Positions 23,244-35,982 of a stretch of DNA of 64,000 bases are shown in pieces. The translations under genes and the position numbers were made by a program. Position 1 is the first letter of the stretch. The number at the start of each line of letters is the position of its first letter. The stretch is from Balanoglossus misakiensis (lineage: Eukaryota; Animalia; Hemichordata), in assembly GCA_040954595.2 (NCBI GenBank), contig CM082576.2, forward strand, positions 12,031,129 to 12,095,128. Direction: 5' to 3'. The notes beneath the pieces were generated by a model, which saw nothing but the letters and a program-made list of their open reading frames with translations, was not told the origin of the DNA and ran no database searches.

Positions 23244-26200
23244 GGTGACCAGCGTTGCCAAGAAACGACCAAGATCTTTACACTGCAGACAACGTTTGTA
23301 ACATTACCCGGACAACACACTCGCAAAGTTACATGTTCAACAGGTGTTCACGAATTCAGATACTCCCTGTCGCCGCGAATCCAGATATTCCTTGTCGCCA
23401 GTGTGTGATTCTCTGCCCCCTCTCAGCAAAGTTTTCGTTTTCACTGCAGTTTACTCGATCAGTCCAATCTCACTCTGTACACGGTGTTGTTAGGACACGC
23501 CCAGTATCTGGGCCAGTGGCTCTCCGCTTTTTTACCAGATCACATCAAGTTACTCACATGCACGTTTATGTAAGCATTCCACAGGCGAAAAGCATAAGTA
23601 ACAGGCAGAATTCCTCTTTCAATTACAGTTGTATTGAAGGACTCGAAGTATATACACCATCTTACACTCCCTGGGATCTCTGACTGAGTGTCTACACTAA
23701 ACTGGCCATGCAGACAGGTACAGTGTACATGTGCTATGATTGTCGTAATCACCTGTCGCCTAGTGCAGCTTTCAATGTGATTAGTCACACTCAAGTTGAT
23801 TAAGAATACTGTCGATAACAGCCCATCCAATCAATTTCTTGGTTGAAATTCAAGGACGACTATTCTCATGATATGCTATTCCTATCAGCAGATACATCAT
23901 GAGTGGTACAGTATCCAGGCATTCGGAATTAATGAGCATGGTACTTCGTTCCTACCCTCCCCTTACACATATGGAGTGCCACGCCGTGGTATCTGGTTGT
24001 TAAACATTTTTTCAATCTTATATGTAGCTGCCAGATACTACTTAGTAACGTGGATAGGTTACATACTCATCTCTGATATACATATACATATATATAGGCC
24101 TATATACAATGTATATCGAAGGTTCTCATTTCCCTTCGACGAAAATGTCCTATGAGGGCGCCTTTTCTAAGCGACTACCCTTGCTCGACGTCGAATATGC
24201 CCTGCAGGCTGTATCGCTAACAGGACACTGACCTGCGTGGGACCCCCCCCCCCCCCCCACACACACACACACAAAGATGTAGGACCAGTATTAAGACATA
24301 CACTGAGTAAATCCAAGTCACAAATTTAAATTAATTACGTCGTGTCAAAGCTTGAGTGGAAGATTTATGGGGACTTCGAATTTCACGAGTTCGGAATTTC
24401 TCTGCAGATCCCACTTTATATTTTGATAAATTGCGACAAACAATGCGGTACTACACATAGGCTTATTGGGGCTTACAGTTTAGGCGGCAATGTGTTGCAG
24501 AAAGCGTCAAGAAGTGTGTAAAAGTACGCTTAATATGATTTGTTGGTCTGAAACGCAGCTAAGGGTGTCGTAAATATTGTAAAGCTCTGGGCTAAAACGT
24601 CTTACATCTGATATTTCTAATCGGTGCAAAATGTGTTCAATGTCGTATCGGGCATTCTGGAGCCTAGATCAATGATGTACTAGTAAAGTATGTGCAGACA
24701 AAACACCTCCATGTTAAAATGGACGCATGAGTTTCACAAATTCTCACAAATTGCAATGTAATTTTTATCGACTTAATCATCACATCTTTTTTCTTTTGTG
24801 CAATTCGACTTCTTTTTCCTTTTACTTATATGAGTAACACTTCCGCTCTGTAAGTGATCAATGTTATAGATATAATTACGTAAGTTAGTCACGTACGTGT
24901 ATTGCATGTCGTATTGCCTGCGCGCGTGTCAATCAAAGTAATTCTATTACACGCAGTACACGAGGAAGTGTTGCTAACACAACACTTCTCGCTACACTGC
25001 GCCCTGATAAAGGATTGCGTCAAAACCAATACTGTTTATCTGATTAAGTAATTAAATTCACTGAGCAAATACTACTTACGCACACAGTCTGCGATACGTA
25101 CTTACCGATCAAGACTTTCCCTCGGTGAGTAAGCTTGTCTCAGGGTCTACTCCACCGTGACACATTCGAGATCGATTTCCAGAAGGTTCTGTGAGACAGT
25201 ATCTATAGATAGTCTAGTCTAGCCAAGCCAAGGACACCGTACCTTGAAATCGATCGACGAAAAATAGACTCCACACGTACAAAACTGTAAATTTCTTACA
25301 GTTTTCTACAATTTTTGTTTTCTCTTCATAATAAGTATGGCGACCATCGCCTTCTAAAAAATCACTGCATTCAATTTGTGGGAATATGTCATTAATTTCC
25401 ACAAAGAATAACCTTCGAAATACAAGTATTGTTAGGAGTGTGTTAATGTATTTTTCTAATCATTTTACGTGGGGGGGGGGGGGGCATCCTCCATCAAAAA
25501 TGTTTCTGAACTGCCATGGTGACGTCATAATGACACCCCCGCTCTTAACACTGACCTTCCAAGTTTAATTCATGAATTCCAAATGAGTGTGTTAAGTTTG
25601 TAAAAAAAAATTAGTTGAATGTCAGCAATTTGTCATAAAAGGTCACGATATCTCGAAATTTTCACCCGAGAGTTTGATACCCAACATTCGATAGCAATGC
25701 TGTGATCGAATAAAAACAGACATTGTTTTGAAACCATTACTAACCATGCACAAATTGCAATTACCGGGAAAACACGGATACTGCTCTGTTTGGCGTTTGT
25801 ACAACTTGTAAAGGGCAGCGGACAATAAATGTCATGTATATATCCGGTTTAATACCGTTCGGCCAATTCCAATATTCTCGCTGGCCTTGTCATCAATTCA
25901 CCTTGGCAACGGTTGGCTGGACTAATGACTAGCCGACGCATTAAAGATTAATGCGCGCGGCGATTACTAACAGCGATGGGAGTAAAGCCTCAGCGAGGGG
26001 GAACCTTAATCAGAGTTTAATCCATCGCCATCGACGGCGACGGGAAGCTGCACCGCAGACACGTCTTGGTGATTAGCTGTCACTGGGAATTAGAACGGAG
26101 AGACAACGGGGAAGGGCGTGCCGACGGTGCCGCGCCAAAGCCGAGATTCAGACTTCTGACTCACCTGGTCTCTCCGCGAACGAATCACGGCGGTGCCCGC

Positions 26201-26281
26201 GTCGAGCATTCCACATTTCTGCCGGAGACGTTCAACATCTTTACCGTAGCGGCACAGCGTTGGCGATATCAGAGCCACAGG

Positions 26282-29200
26282 ATGGCAAGTCCTTGTCTTC
26301 AAATTTCAATGTTGACCCTAGTTTTTGTTGTGTACGCAAATGTGAAAGCTTTTCCCCACGGTCAGGTAAGTCCGCCTCTGCGTTTTCTGTAGTCTGCCCG
26401 GTCTATACTTATACCGTTTGTTTTGTCGTTCTACTTTACTGCAATAATCGTGCCGTTGTGTACAAAACACACGGTACCGTAGTATGATCGGTAAATATAG
26501 TGTGGTTAATTGTGGATTGTTAATCCCCGTGCGTAACATTTAATCCATAAGGTGAGATTGAACTTTTCCTTTCCACATTCAGAATTGGTAGCTCGCTTCT
26601 ACCCAACATTTGCACAGAAACAGTAATGTTGTTTCTATTTAAAGTGTTGGTCAGAGATATCCCTTCGACGTGTCAATGTTGTCATAACATTACATTGCAT
26701 TTAATAGCATTACATTTCAACAAATCGTTTTACTTTTGTAATTCTGCAATGTAAATACCAGGCAACGCCATGTTCCATTTTAGTAACAAAGGAGGAATAT
26801 CGACCTATCGACGTGTACAAGAAAACGTCGCCGATATTTCCTCCATCAATACAGCTTCTAATTCTCCGGTGTGTGAAATTGCCCGAAGAAAAACGTGAAA
26901 ACTGTCCCCCGAAATTGGATTTAATCATGTAAATATTTAATCAGCTGTGATATATAACTCTTATTTGAGAAGCGCATCTTCAGAACAATTAAAAACATCT
27001 CCGGTGGCAACAGAGATCCTTGATTCTATCCACCAGCCATCCATCTCCATTGTTGCTTCCAGACGGTCATCAATCTCTGCGCGCCTGCGTACTTTCGTCC
27101 GTTTGCTTTCGAATAACCCACACGGACGCTTTTTGTGTTAATAGGGGTGAAACTAGGCAAATATGAAATGCGAACAGTACACTTCCCCGTGCACTCTGCT
27201 CAGTTCTCTGTGACGTCACGGGCTTTCTCGCGGGAAACTGGCATTCTGGTGTTCGATTTAATTTGGACCTCGTACCTCTAGGGTACAGTCCCCTAGGATT
27301 CTTTACCGAAAGTGTTGCTTTGTGAATGCTTGCACACACAATAATTGCTGGAGCCTTCTTGGTATATTTTTTTTAAATGCATATCAAAACAGAGCATTAC
27401 ACAACACAGAATTTATGTTACCTGGGCAACAAACCTATCACTGCATGATATACGGCGTTGTAATCTCCGTATTTTATACCGTAATGTTAGAATAATTGTC
27501 AACAGAACAGTGCCTCTCACACATTTAACCGACACATACGGTGTTTGAAGAATCATATTGATGCTTAAAATATCACATTTTGTCATTTGACCAGGTAAAC
27601 CTTGATGAATTAGACGATTTTACCAAAAGAGCTCAAGACGATGTCGCCAAAATCGACCCGTCCGAAGTGGAAGCTGAGGACATAGAGGGCGCCGTCGAAG
27701 GCGACATGGTGATGGACCCTTCGCAACGGCTGGAATACGAAGAACACACGGTAGACCCGGACTCGGAGCAGTTCAGTGACGACGCCAAGGAAAAGCGCAA
27801 GGCGGTCAATTTGAATCGCTACAACACCTGGCCAAATGCTACCGTTCCGTACCGCTTCGTTAATCTGTGTAAGTGGTCTCGAGGTCAACGAACTCCCCGG
27901 TCGAAAGTACTTAGATGGTCCATTTGAAGTAATGAAATCTATTAGGGAAAGCTAGCTAATGGATAGAAGGAAATGAAGACAAATACATTTTCATGTGTTT
28001 GATACGCATGGGCCTTGTACAAAACACTTGCATTTTGATCCACAACGTTCCATTAAATCTGAACTAAGAACAACCAGCGATATCTACTCACTTACGCACG
28101 CACACAAAATCAAACTGACATTTCTCTGACGTCATTTTCAGCACCCGAGGTGCGGCCGCAAGTGGAGAAGGCGATAACCCTTTGGGAAGAGAAAACCTGT
28201 CTGCGTTTCGTCCCGTATCCTAGCGATAGAGTAAGCCATAATGGACGGGTGGACTTTATCGACGGGAATGGGTGAGTGATGCAATGCGTGGCGACGTGAT
28301 TTTCTCCGTCTGAAATGGTTTTAGCTGAGAAGCTGTGAAAAGGGCAGAGAAAGAACAACGAAGTAAACTCTACCAAATTAACAAAATCAACCTTTAGATT
28401 GTAGTTTTTAGAGCCTTCGTTCTCAATTATGCTAGGGGCATTGGAAACGTTTTCATGCGATCATAAGCTTATTCTGATCGTCGTAAAGGACTGGCCTTTC
28501 TACGACGACAACGTTAGTTTTTGCCTACGTAACTTAGTAACTTGGAGCTAAGCAGACGTAAAATCTTCTTGAGAGTAAAGCTTACTGTTTTTTGGACATT
28601 GGTGAACTTCGTTACGATTTTATCCGTTCCAAATGGCTTAATCTTGTCTGCGTCTTCTTCTGCAGTTGTTGGTCCAATATGGCTTTTAGTGGCGGAGTTC
28701 AGAAAATATCGCTGGATAAAGACAAGTGCACATCGGTAAGTATAACACGTAGCCTTTTCGAGTTTAGTTAGCTTTGATGGAGGAAATTTAGACGGTTTAA
28801 TAGCTATTGGTGGTGCAAATATCAACCAGAAATATTGCAGTGTCTTCCCAAGAACTTGAAATTCGATTTGCTTTTGTTTTCATAACGGAAGAGTGGCAAC
28901 GAAATGGTCATTAGTGAGTTTCCTATTATCCAGGCTTTCCGACAATATATGCATTGTGGGAGTTCCGTTTTCAGCAGTTGGATGTTTCCTATCGTCATTG
29001 GACCCTTTGCACCCTGCTACATTCAAGCATGGTTAAATTAAGCGTGATTACGATGGCATTGGCACTATTTAGATTAACATCGTCCAATCGCCAAGCGATA
29101 TTCCTCCAAATTTCCTCAGTTGGTGATGCAACAGGTGGTTTCATAATTCACTATGCAAATCGATAGTTACAATATAGATTGACTTCTTTGCTTTGGGTGG

Positions 29201-30396
29201 CGTGTGTTCCCATTGAGCAGATTCATTCTACCGTTTAATCTTGTCCCTCTCTTTGGGGTGACAAGACCTTTTGAAGTGAAGAGGCCGTGGCCTGAGGCCA
29301 TGGTGTACTTGTACGTGTACCTGTTCACTTGACGTTGACATGCATGCAAGTGACAGCTGAAGAACTGGACCCCGTCACACACACAGACAATGCGTGTAAT
29401 TTGTCTCCCTTTCAGATAAGCGTGGCCTTGCATGAAGTCGGACACACACTTGGCCTCTTTCACGAGCAGTCGCGGCCAGACAGAGACAGATACGTCACCG
29501 TTCACCTGGAGAACGTCCAAGAGGGTATGAAGCACAACTTCAACAAGAGGGACTTCAATGAAGTCGACACCCACCGCATTCCCTATGACATCAGTTCGGT
29601 GATGCACTACGGACCCAAGGTACAAAATACAGAGCCCTCTTTCCACCAACCCCATCCCCTCAAAATTGTCCCTTGTACATAGTATATCCCATCACGCAGT
29701 GTACAGGGAGCGGTATTCAATACGACAATAACATGGCATGGAGAATACTCACTATAATTGATGCTATGGATGACCCAATTTTAAAACAAACTCCGATTAC
29801 AACCACTGATCTGGTTCTCGCAAACCGCACGGAATGATCTCAGACCCCCCCCCCCCCAATCCCGGATACGACGATGAAATTCTACTCTTTCTGGAATCAG
29901 ATCACTTGAATCTTTTCTGAATACGCGTACCTGCAAATGAGCCACTCCTATACGCCAATCGCTCATGATCATTTTCTGCGATAACACTTGCAAATGGATA
30001 CCATCGAGTTGAAAAGTAGACGAATCAATGTCATCAATCGATCAATGGAAACAATATCCAACGTTAACACGAAGTAACATTCAGTGACACCGATAAAATC
30101 ATTTCCCGATCAACTGACTAAAATTTTCTTTTGTCTGTTGGCAAACACACTGTGACAATTGAAAGTGAAAATACAACATGCTCTCAACTTGTTCGTGCTC
30201 AAGACTCGCCATCTCGACGACGAAAGCCCTTTGTCGGCTGCAAAAGCGGTTTTGAGAGTGTGATAAGTGAGCAGCTACTTAGCCGAGTCGTGCAGTCTGG
30301 TGTTCTAGTGCATTTCAAGGTCATTTTGGTTTTAGTCACTCATGGGATATTAAGGTCTGTTTGGAGAAATCCCACTACTCGAGTTTTATTACTCAT

Positions 30397-30481
<85 letters not shown>

Positions 30482-32507
30482 CCTGCAGTCATTCAGTAAA
30501 GATGGTAGCCTCACGATGAAATCTATCGACCCTGAAAAACAGTCATCGATGGGTAAACAGAAATTCCTCACTTTTCTGGACCACAAGATGGCAAACATCC
30601 TATACGAGTGTAACAGTGAGTCATCCCCCATTTGCGCGATCTTGTCACATTCTGCTAATGGAAAAGTTGCCATGGAAACATGATCATCACGCCAGAGAGG
30701 CTGTATAGTCGCAGATCTGATCATGTTATCAAAATACTCGGAGTTGTTAAGTGGGCGCGATAATGGTTGTAAAATGCGTTGTTAATGCACATGACCGTGG
30801 AACTGGGACTTAAAAGATATGTAGACCAATCTGTATCATTTTATGGATTTCTAGCAATATTCAGATTCTCACTGCACACGTTTACACCACCATCACAGGC
30901 TCTTGAAAAAAAACCGCTCGTGTGGATCTCTCACGCCTTCTCTCATACTTCACACCGAATTCTTTAACTAATACTTGTCTTTATATACCAGAGCACTGCA
31001 CAAACGATTTGCCTTGTCTGTACGGTGGATACATCGGTCCCAGTTGTCAATGCGTCTGTCCACACGGTTTCACGGGCGACGACTGTCGAGATATCGTGTC
31101 ACTCTCAGGTACGTACCGAAGATGTTAGATCATGTAACGCACATTAATGACTATTACAAGTCAATCTTCGCCTTTTTTAATACCCACGTTTATATTTACC
31201 ATCCCTCATGTGTAATTATTGATTTGGGTTGAGTTGGAATAATAGTTGTAACTGTAATATGCAATATGTCGTATATAAGTCTGAACATTGACCAAAATCG
31301 TCGTGTTGGCTGCAGCGCCACGCCGCGGCCTTGTCTATTTAGAGCGCCCCCTCAGCACTGATGTTAGCCAATCTACAAAAGCGTTATATTAACATTTTTT
31401 TTGTCTTCTCTCCATTTTGCTCGCTCAGACTGCGGTGGAAAAATTACAAGAGCTCCAGGGACTATCACAACACCAAATTATCCCAATGATTACGATGACA
31501 ACACTCAATGCACGTGGTTTATCGAAGTAAGTTGTGTCATAGTTGTTATGACATACATGTACAGGGTATACATGTATAAGGTAGACCGAATGCTACGGTA
31601 ATTACATTTGTGTTAATGTAAATCCCGTCTGTCTATCTGTAAGTCGAGGAATAGACAAGACGGCAGTCAGACAGGCATGCAGACTGGTGGGCAGGTAGGC
31701 AAGGGATCGTCTGGTTGGTAGATCTGGATGGATGGAGGGATGGATGGATGGATGAATGAATGAACTTATGGGTTGATGGATTGCCAGTTTATTATAATGG
31801 ATCACTGCTTTATCGCGGATTTTATACAAAAGTAAACGGAATAATGTCTATTTGTATAAGACATGTCCATTTCGTCATGACTCCGTTGATAATTGTTGTT
31901 GTTGTTCTTGTTATGTTTTGTTTTAATTTGTTATAGGCACCCTCGGGATACGCAGTGCGGCTTGAATTCGACCACTTTCACCTTGAGTTTTCACGGAGGT
32001 GCGCCTTTGACCGAATAGAAGTGCGCCAAGACCAGCCATTTTATGACGGATATCCCACTCGGTAGGTCGAATTTACAGATCGGTCCAAATTCATCGTCAA
32101 TATCTTTTGGTGCGAGCTTGCCACACAATCATAAGTGTTTGCGTTTGGTTCTCACATGCCTCGGGACTCAATTAGACTTTATTTCTATATGTCTACGTAT
32201 ACTGGTCTGCCCTTTATATTTTTGTATGTATGTCTATCTCTATCTCACTGTCTCTATCTCACTGTCTTTCTCCCCGCCTGTCTACCTGTCGCCAAGGCTT
32301 GACGCGAAAAGGTCAACACTAACTGGGTTACATGGACTTTGTACATCGCATTTTGTTTTCTTTCTCTCTCTCATCAGATACTGCGGTTTCGATTTGATTG
32401 GGCGTACGATGGTATCTATGCACAACACCATGTACATCAACTTCACATCGGACTACAGCGTCAGAATGCCTGGCTTCAAAGCATCTTATCGATTCGTGCA
32501 GATTTGA
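26282..32507 (+). CDS. secreted astacin-family zinc metalloprotease (signal peptide, prodomain, astacin, EGF, CUB; BP10/SpAN-like), ~452 aa
   Basis: Exons 26282-26365, 27595-27868, 28142-28271, 28666-28735, 29416-29619, 30489-30615, 30992-31108, 31429-31526, 31937-32061, 32378-32507 (1359 nt, consistent phases). Motifs: signal peptide, EGDM prodomain motif, KRK cleavage site, WPNATVPY, WEEKTCLRF, GCWS, HEVGHTLGLFHEQSRPDRD zinc site, SVMHY Met-turn, EGF (CLYGG..CQCVCPHGFTGDDC), CUB (CGG..TPNYP..CTW..FTSDYS..GF). Confidence 0.92.
30401..30480. repeat. (CT)n microsatellite
   Basis: About 80 bp of near-perfect TC repeat directly before the acceptor of the astacin exon at 30489. Confidence 0.95.
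31725..31762. repeat. (GGAT)n/(GAAT)n simple repeat
   Basis: tggatggatggagggatggatggatggatgaatgaatga in an astacin intron. Confidence 0.7.
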
Positions 32508-34905
32508 AAACAGACGCAGCTAATCCCACCGTGTCGCCCACCCCACGATTCACTAGCAATAAGAGCTAGGTGCCCCCATTTTCCCCTTTGCCACAGCACA
32601 GGAAACACACATTTTACCATTGTATTGTCAGAGAAGGTAGATTTAATAACATGTATTGTTAGGGATGCCCCGTCGCGCAGACTAGTGCATGGTGAGTTAA
32701 ATCCGAAAGCGTTGAATTACGTGTGGTTCGCCACATATACCACAAAATAAAGGGTAACCAAGATTGGCCAACTGCCTTAAAAGTTGTAAAATGATGTTCC
32801 CCCTAAAGAACACCTTACACCGGCGTTGGGTTTAACATTTCTCCTTCGCAATTGTGTTGTTGGAAGGCGAGTGTTAACCTAATTCCCGAAATACTCGAGG
32901 TGACCGACCGGCAGTCACATGAGAATGAGACTGGGTGGGACAAAGTTTCTCGGGGGGGGGGGGGGGAGTGACGACGCAGGGAAGGCAGTGTTTATTAAAG
33001 CATTGCCCCAGGAGATCTAGTCAAACCGCGGACCAGTGAACAATACAACTATGTTTAGCCCGTCACGTGACAGTTTTTGCGGCTGTGTATTTTTGTTCAA
33101 ATGGCACTTCCCGGGACAAGAAAGGTCAGCACTGACAGCAGTCTCCAGTTCAATCGTTTACTACTTCTCTTGGCGTGGTCTAAAAAACTCCCCGCGAAAA
33201 CCATGCGCAGCCCCGGTCATTTGCTTTTCGTTTCCTTTGGGTAATCGATCAAATACTCGCCGTCCTGTCATTTGCGTCAATCGCGAACACGACGGGCAGA
33301 CTGATCGCGATCTTCAAAAAAATAAAAATAAAAACTTACAACAATGCAATAACAAACGTCCCATAAATTAGTTCCAAGTGCTGACCACATTGTCCATGAT
33401 GGTCCGTGAACTGTACGCGATATTACTCTGGCCATCCAGGGCCCACCGTCCATCCAGGCCGAAATACAAACTTCTGATTTCTCCGTTCTCCATATCCCGT
33501 TAATGAGGTCAATCCGAATGTCGGTATTAAACTCGACTTACTGTCGAATATCATGTCAGTCGTGTTATTACTGTTTTATAAACTAGTTTTGTCATTAAAG
33601 CGTAAGAAGAAAAGACCTAGGTGGACGTGTATGTTATTTGATGCTGGCGAAACAAATCGGAGTGATTGTGGTTAGCCGAGATCACCTTTCAACGTTTCGC
33701 TCCAAAGGTACCTAGGAATACAGGTGTCTATCTTTCATGTATTTACTGTCATTTCACGTCGGTGGAGGCCGAATGTCCACGCAGAGAAAGACAAAAAAGT
33801 GCAAGCAGAGAAATGGAAACAATTTCGGAGACACACAAGTATCATACTAGATACATATACTTACAGTCAGATTCCGACTCTCTTGAGTTCCTTTAATTAC
33901 TCCTAATTGTTTATTTTTTAGTCTGAAGTCCTTGTTTTGAGTGTTTTACCAATTGCAAGTGTGCTGATTTGTGCATTTTGTGATTTTTTCTAGAATTGCA
34001 TACACGTTCTATGCGATGTTTTGGTCACAGATAAACACAGACATGCAGGCTGGCATGCGCATTGAGCGATAGAAGCTCTTCAAACAAAAAAAAGTACAAA
34101 TACCTTAGACATAATGTTATCAGGTTACACGGGGCAAAAGATGCTCTAAAATTAGAGGCATAAATCTTAGGGCAAACTTAAATCTCCGTCCGAACGACAG
34201 GTGATATCCTGTCACGACACGAACTGAACAATCAATAGAGATATTATTGATTCTATGTGGAACCATCGTGGCGCCTCCTTGCCAATAATTTTCGAGAGGT
34301 ACAATCTCATTAACCTACAACGAGGTACAAAGTACATGTACACGATATTTACCCGTCGGGTTGTCGTCCACATCCGGGTCACATAGTGTACTGAACAGAC
34401 CACCACCTTGAAAAATGACCACTACACGTCCAATGTGGTCAGTTACTCTCTAGGCCAGGAGTAACTTTCGAGAGCGCAGTTGGCGCGAAGGAACGTGGTC
34501 TCAAATTTGCATCGCCACTTTTAGTCGTTCACTCCAAAAATGCACCTGACACAAACCTTAATTGTTGCTTGTTACAAAAAAATGCCAGTGGTCGTTCCGC
34601 TGCAAGTGTTGCCGCCACAGGACGGCACAATGGAATTCATTTAAGAATCGAAATCTGATATTAGTTTACAAGTCCCACTTTACGGTCCCGTTGACAGAGG
34701 TTGGTCGTGGAAAAGTGTTGTCGTTTTTGGTTCATTCCTTTCCCTTGTCATAAGGAAGTTGATGTTTTAGGGTGAGAGCGTCGAGGTCTGGGTGGTGATT
34801 GGAGAATTGATGCGAGCAAGAGAATGAAAACGCAGTTAGTGATAATACGAATACCGTTCGGGAAATTGTTCTAGGTCGTGTTTTGTGGCAAAGTGGCATT
34901 TTGGC

Positions 34906-35982
34906 ATGGTGGAAAAACCAGCGGAGAAGGCCACGGAGACCGGATGGAAATGGAGCGGCTTGTTCTGGACCAAGCGGCGGTTCACTCTCACTCTGCAGCC
35001 GATCTCAGAAGAGAAGGAGCTCGGCGAGTCCGTGGACTCCGCACCGACCAAAACGTCGCCCCGGCGGAGAGGCATCAAAGGCACTGGGGGAAGAATTGCA
35101 TTAGCCGGGCGGGAAAGCGAACCACAGACGGTGCTGCGAGGTCATTCGTCAGGAGCAAACTCGCGCCACGACTGCACCGACCACGGGGTGAATCGGAGAT
35201 GTGGGCGGTCAACGTGTTATCATGACTGGAGCCAAAATGAAGGAGGCTTGCATCTACCAGCCAAAATCGGTAGAGATGCGCTCGGCAAGAAACCGGCACG
35301 ACGTCCTGCGCAGTCGAGCATCAAACGGCAAACATCATCCCACGACACCGTCGCCTCGAGTACCGTCTGGGATTTATACAACGAGAAAATCAGTTCGGTT
35401 GACCCGCTCGTGGAAATCCTCACGCAAAGAAGGGGTCAGCGAGACTCCAACAGGTGTCAGCGCAAAGATGAGAGATCTAGATCGGGAGAATCGTCGTCGT
35501 CTTCTGACTCAACCACGGAATCAAGTCCGAATATGAAATCAGTCGCATCTTCGGCACCGACATCTTCTCACGACAGAGTCGCATTTGAATACGACCCGCA
35601 TTTGGAATATTCGAGAAACTTTCTCAGAAGTCGTCGCCTTGCTACGCAGCACGCGGGCGTGACGCACGCCGCCGCCGGCGCCATAAACCTACCGCCGTGT
35701 ACGACCGAGATTTCGTTTGGTCGATCGACGAAATTTCTCGTTCCTCAAACCGTCACCAGATACACGCTCATGGAGGAAGGGGCGTCGTTGCTGCGCAAGA
35801 GATTTGCATCCAGACTAGAAAAGCGCTTCCAAAGCAGGAAAAGTCGGAGTCACGAAGCTTTGGCCACGAAGTCGCGAAGGCATGGATGGAAATCTCGTCA
35901 ACTTTCCGAGGCTCCGGAGGATCCTGTCCCTCACCGGCGAATAAACGTGGAAGACGTGCAAAACTGTCGCTACCTGAGATAA
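34906..35982 (+). CDS. uncharacterised Ser/Arg-rich, probably disordered protein ending in NCRYLR
   Basis: A 1.08-kb uninterrupted ORF, more GC-rich than its flanks. The first ATG is at 34906 (the track start at 34885 is GTG). It shares a C-terminal motif with the 57871 ORF, which argues for real coding function. Confidence 0.7.
   Translation: MVEKPAEKATETGWKWSGLFWTKRRFTLTLQPISEEKELGESVDSAPTKTSPRRRGIKGTGGRIALAGRESEPQTVLRGHSSGANSRHDCTDHGVNRRCGRSTCYHDWSQNEGGLHLPAKIGRDALGKKPARRPAQSSIKRQTSSHDTVASSTVWDLYNEKISSVDPLVEILTQRRGQRDSNRCQRKDERSRSGESSSSSDSTTESSPNMKSVASSAPTSSHDRVAFEYDPHLEYSRNFLRSRRLATQHAGVTHAAAGAINLPPCTTEISFGRSTKFLVPQTVTRYTLMEEGASLLRKRFASRLEKRFQSRKSRSHEALATKSRRHGWKSRQLSEAPEDPVPHRRINVEDVQNCRYLR

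Noticed and set aside
22252-23301. Long alternative-frame and antisense ORFs (256, 198, 128 aa) over the GPCR
   Set aside because: These are shadows of a GC3-rich coding sequence with few off-frame stops, and they show no motifs.
30389-30724. 111-aa ORF with ERERE tail
   Set aside because: Antisense reading of the (CT)n repeat.
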